64,000 nt of DNA from Antedon mediterranea (lineage: Eukaryota; Animalia; Echinodermata). The number at the start of each line of letters is the position of its first letter. Positions within the stretch are counted from its first letter, which is position 1. The translations under genes were made by a program, and so were the position numbers. Shown here in pieces: positions 61,801 to 64,000 of the stretch. The stretch is taken from NCBI RefSeq assembly GCF_964355755.1, contig NC_092671.1:37024304-37088303 (forward strand). The letters are read 5' to 3'. The notes beneath the pieces were generated by a model. It did no database searches. It saw only the letters and a list, made by a program, of their open reading frames with translations, and was not told the origin of the DNA.

Positions 61801-63279
61801 TAAAGTTGACATTCATTGTGTTCCACACTCTGAATCCTGCTCCTACACACTAAAGCTCTGTCTATATTATCAAACTAGTTTGACAAAAAAAGTGTGATGT
61901 GCCTAAATATGGTAGTGATATACCCAGGGAGTTGTAAAATAATTATTATTTTACAACTCCCTGATATACCCAAATATGGTACTGATATTACATCATCATC
62001 ATTTTAATATATGGGCACTTCACATTTTTTTATCACATAAAGTTTGATAGTGTAGACAGACCTTAACACTCTGTGTGATTATTATACTATAAAATTATAT
62101 TTTAATACAGTATCTCCCTGTTTCATTGTGGAGTAGTTTTCACTTTAATCGGAACAATGCTTTTCGTAATAATATATTATACTATTACTTGTGAGCCGAT
62201 TAATAATATGTTGTAATACCTATTAGTATAATAACATTATTCAAAGTTGGCATGAAGAGTAAAACAACATCAGAATGCAGTTTCAACCTGAAATGTGTTG
62301 TGCAGACTAGTTTAGTTAGTTTGTTTTGAATAGCGGGAAGGAAGTTCACTATATTAGGAAATATTGGCAATAAGTAGAGGATTTAAATTGCTGTATTTAA
62401 TGCTGCCAGCTGTACTGTTATTGTCAATTTATCTTTTTTTTTGCACAGAGGTACAAAGACCCTGGCCTTTCATAACAATACATTGACCATATGACTACAC
62501 AACTATAAAAATGTACTTACAGTATTATAGCCTACTTTATAATAAGAGAGACTTGTTGTTGGTGTAGTATAAAGAGAGGGCAGGATCAGTATTAAGTTAT
62601 ATTTAAATCAAGGTTTAATAAATAGATAAATCAAGGGTATTCTACCAGTTGATTGTGTATACAGTACATGTATATGCCAAGATGGGTTGATAGATAATAA
62701 ATAAGTTATTGCTCATTATTACAGAACTATCAAATCATAACAGCAATAATTATAAAATACTGAGTTATTGCTGTTAGGTTACAGAACTATGAAATGGTAA
62801 CACTAAACAGCTATAAAGCCTTTTCTACACTATCAAACTTTAAGTGTCAAAAAAATGTGATGTGCCCATATATGGTACTAGTGCTATGCTTAAATATGGT
62901 AGTGATATGACATCATAGTGTCCATATATGGGCACAACACATTTTTTTGATAGTTTGATAGTGTAGACAAGGCTTAAGGATAAAATACTGATGTATTATT
63001 TTATTTGATAATGTTATGGAAGTGTTTACTATACAGTTAGTAAATTTGTTCCTGTGTATTATTCCTAAGCGTAAACTAATACATACAGAAATAGCTTTAC
63101 AGTAATATTAAAAGTTTTACTAAAATATTACTAATTTAAGAATTAATAATATTTGTAGGCTATTATTATTAATTTGTTTAATGACATTTTGTTTATTTTA
63201 GATGCCTATGATAGCGCAAGATATCTGTGTGATCAATATTATCTCGCTTCACCCGAGCTTGAAATATTCACAAAGAATG
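52862..63279 (+). CDS. PDK: Mitochondrial pyruvate dehydrogenase kinase, first 7 coding exons (gene continues beyond the window)
   Basis: Exons 52862-52973, 56046-56187, 57750-57818, 58076-58139, 59909-60032, 61248-61337 and 63202-63279 splice in frame. Motifs [69 protein letters not shown]. Confidence 0.95.
53746..53966. mobile_element. 221-bp MITE with ~43-bp near-perfect TIRs (CACTCTG..CAGAGTG)
   Basis: cactctgaccatcaggtcaacaaccctgtatcactatttctcc is inverted at the right end; TSD not clear. Confidence 0.7.
56715..56972. repeat. 85-bp tandem repeat (about 3 units) inside a putative TIR element at about 56298-57316
   Basis: gttcggctcgcacgata recurs at 56715, 56774, 56859 and 56944. Confidence 0.85.
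59633..59838 (+). mobile_element. tRNA-derived SINE
   Basis: A-box-like tggtagtcgagtgg, degenerate B box ggttcagttcc, central ccagtccactcagctgtaaatgagt as in conserved-core SINEs, and a cctttacc tail. Confidence 0.6.
60088..60662. mobile_element. Helentron-associated / DINE-1- or pearl-like non-autonomous element with an internal tRNA-like segment
   Basis: Subterminal IR acctccgcc (60113-60121) / ggcggaggt, terminal hairpin taacctccttggcggaggtaa, (CA)n microsatellite and tgaccttga repeats. Confidence 0.65.
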
Positions 63280-64000
63280 GTAAGTGAACGTGTAAAGCTC
63301 TGTCTACACTATCAAACTAGTTGTTTGACAACAAAAAGTGTGATGTGCCCAAATATGGTAGCGAAATGCCTACATACTGTATGGTAGTGATATGGCATCA
63401 TCATTATTTTGTGACATAAAGTTTGATAGTGTAGGGATATTCCCATTGTGCCATATCACTTTGATTATTTTAAATGCTACTAAATTTAGAGTAATATACT
63501 GTATACAAGAAGTATCACATTGTCTATGTAGAAAATACAATAGATTTACACTGTACACTAACAGATATGTTCAACTAAAAACAACTTTACAAATCCAAAC
63601 ATAAGAATACAATATTATAGTGAGATTTTGTTACAATTGCAAGGAGGAAACAAAAAGTTGTGTTTTTCGTATTGTCGTTTTTTAAGTGTTGAGGGCGTCA
63701 TGCATGCCAGCCTCAGCTGTTTTGAGTCACCCTCATTAAACAAAGTTTAATAAATAAATTGTAACAATTTTTCTAGTATGGTATTTATTGTTTTGTTATT
63801 AATTTCGACCCTGTACCAATATTTACCATGATAAATTTGGAATTTGACTGTAGAAATATTGACTTAATTAATAAGATATGTCTCACAGGTTATCAGTAGG
63901 TTGACTTTGTACAATTTCAGAAGGTCAAACTAAAATTAATAATACAGTAACAAACCAATGTAAAGTACTGGAAATGTTTGATAATGTTGTAAAGTGCAGA

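Overview
AT-rich metazoan genomic DNA with spliceosomal GT-AG introns and dense non-autonomous DNA transposons. It is most consistent with a marine invertebrate deuterostome such as an echinoderm, but that is inference. Gene order: (1) a minus-strand Ig-superfamily type I receptor whose tail ends in an ITIM + ITSM-like pair; (2) three tandem, intronless ~730-aa multi-pass membrane protein genes of a family I cannot name, the middle one disrupted by a 1.77-kb TIR element and frameshifts, each with a conserved NF-kB/ETS-like promoter module and with mosaic (gene-conversion-like) similarity among copies; (3) three tandem minus-strand carbonyl reductase (CBR1-like SDR) genes, the middle one frameshifted; (4) SLC25A44; (5) a small MEGF/SCARF-like EGF-repeat receptor; (6) the 5' seven coding exons of a pyruvate dehydrogenase kinase. 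Non-genic structure includes a ~131-bp satellite with a 529-bp four-monomer higher-order repeat inside a 5.2-kb TIR element, nested Mutator-like elements, many PIF/Harbinger MITEs, a pogo-like element carrying a HIRAN-like ORF, a Helentron/DINE-like element with a tRNA-like insert, and 20-39-bp palindromes with 7-bp TSDs that look like P-superfamily excision scars. All exon models and coordinates were derived by eye and need RNA-seq or alignment confirmation.
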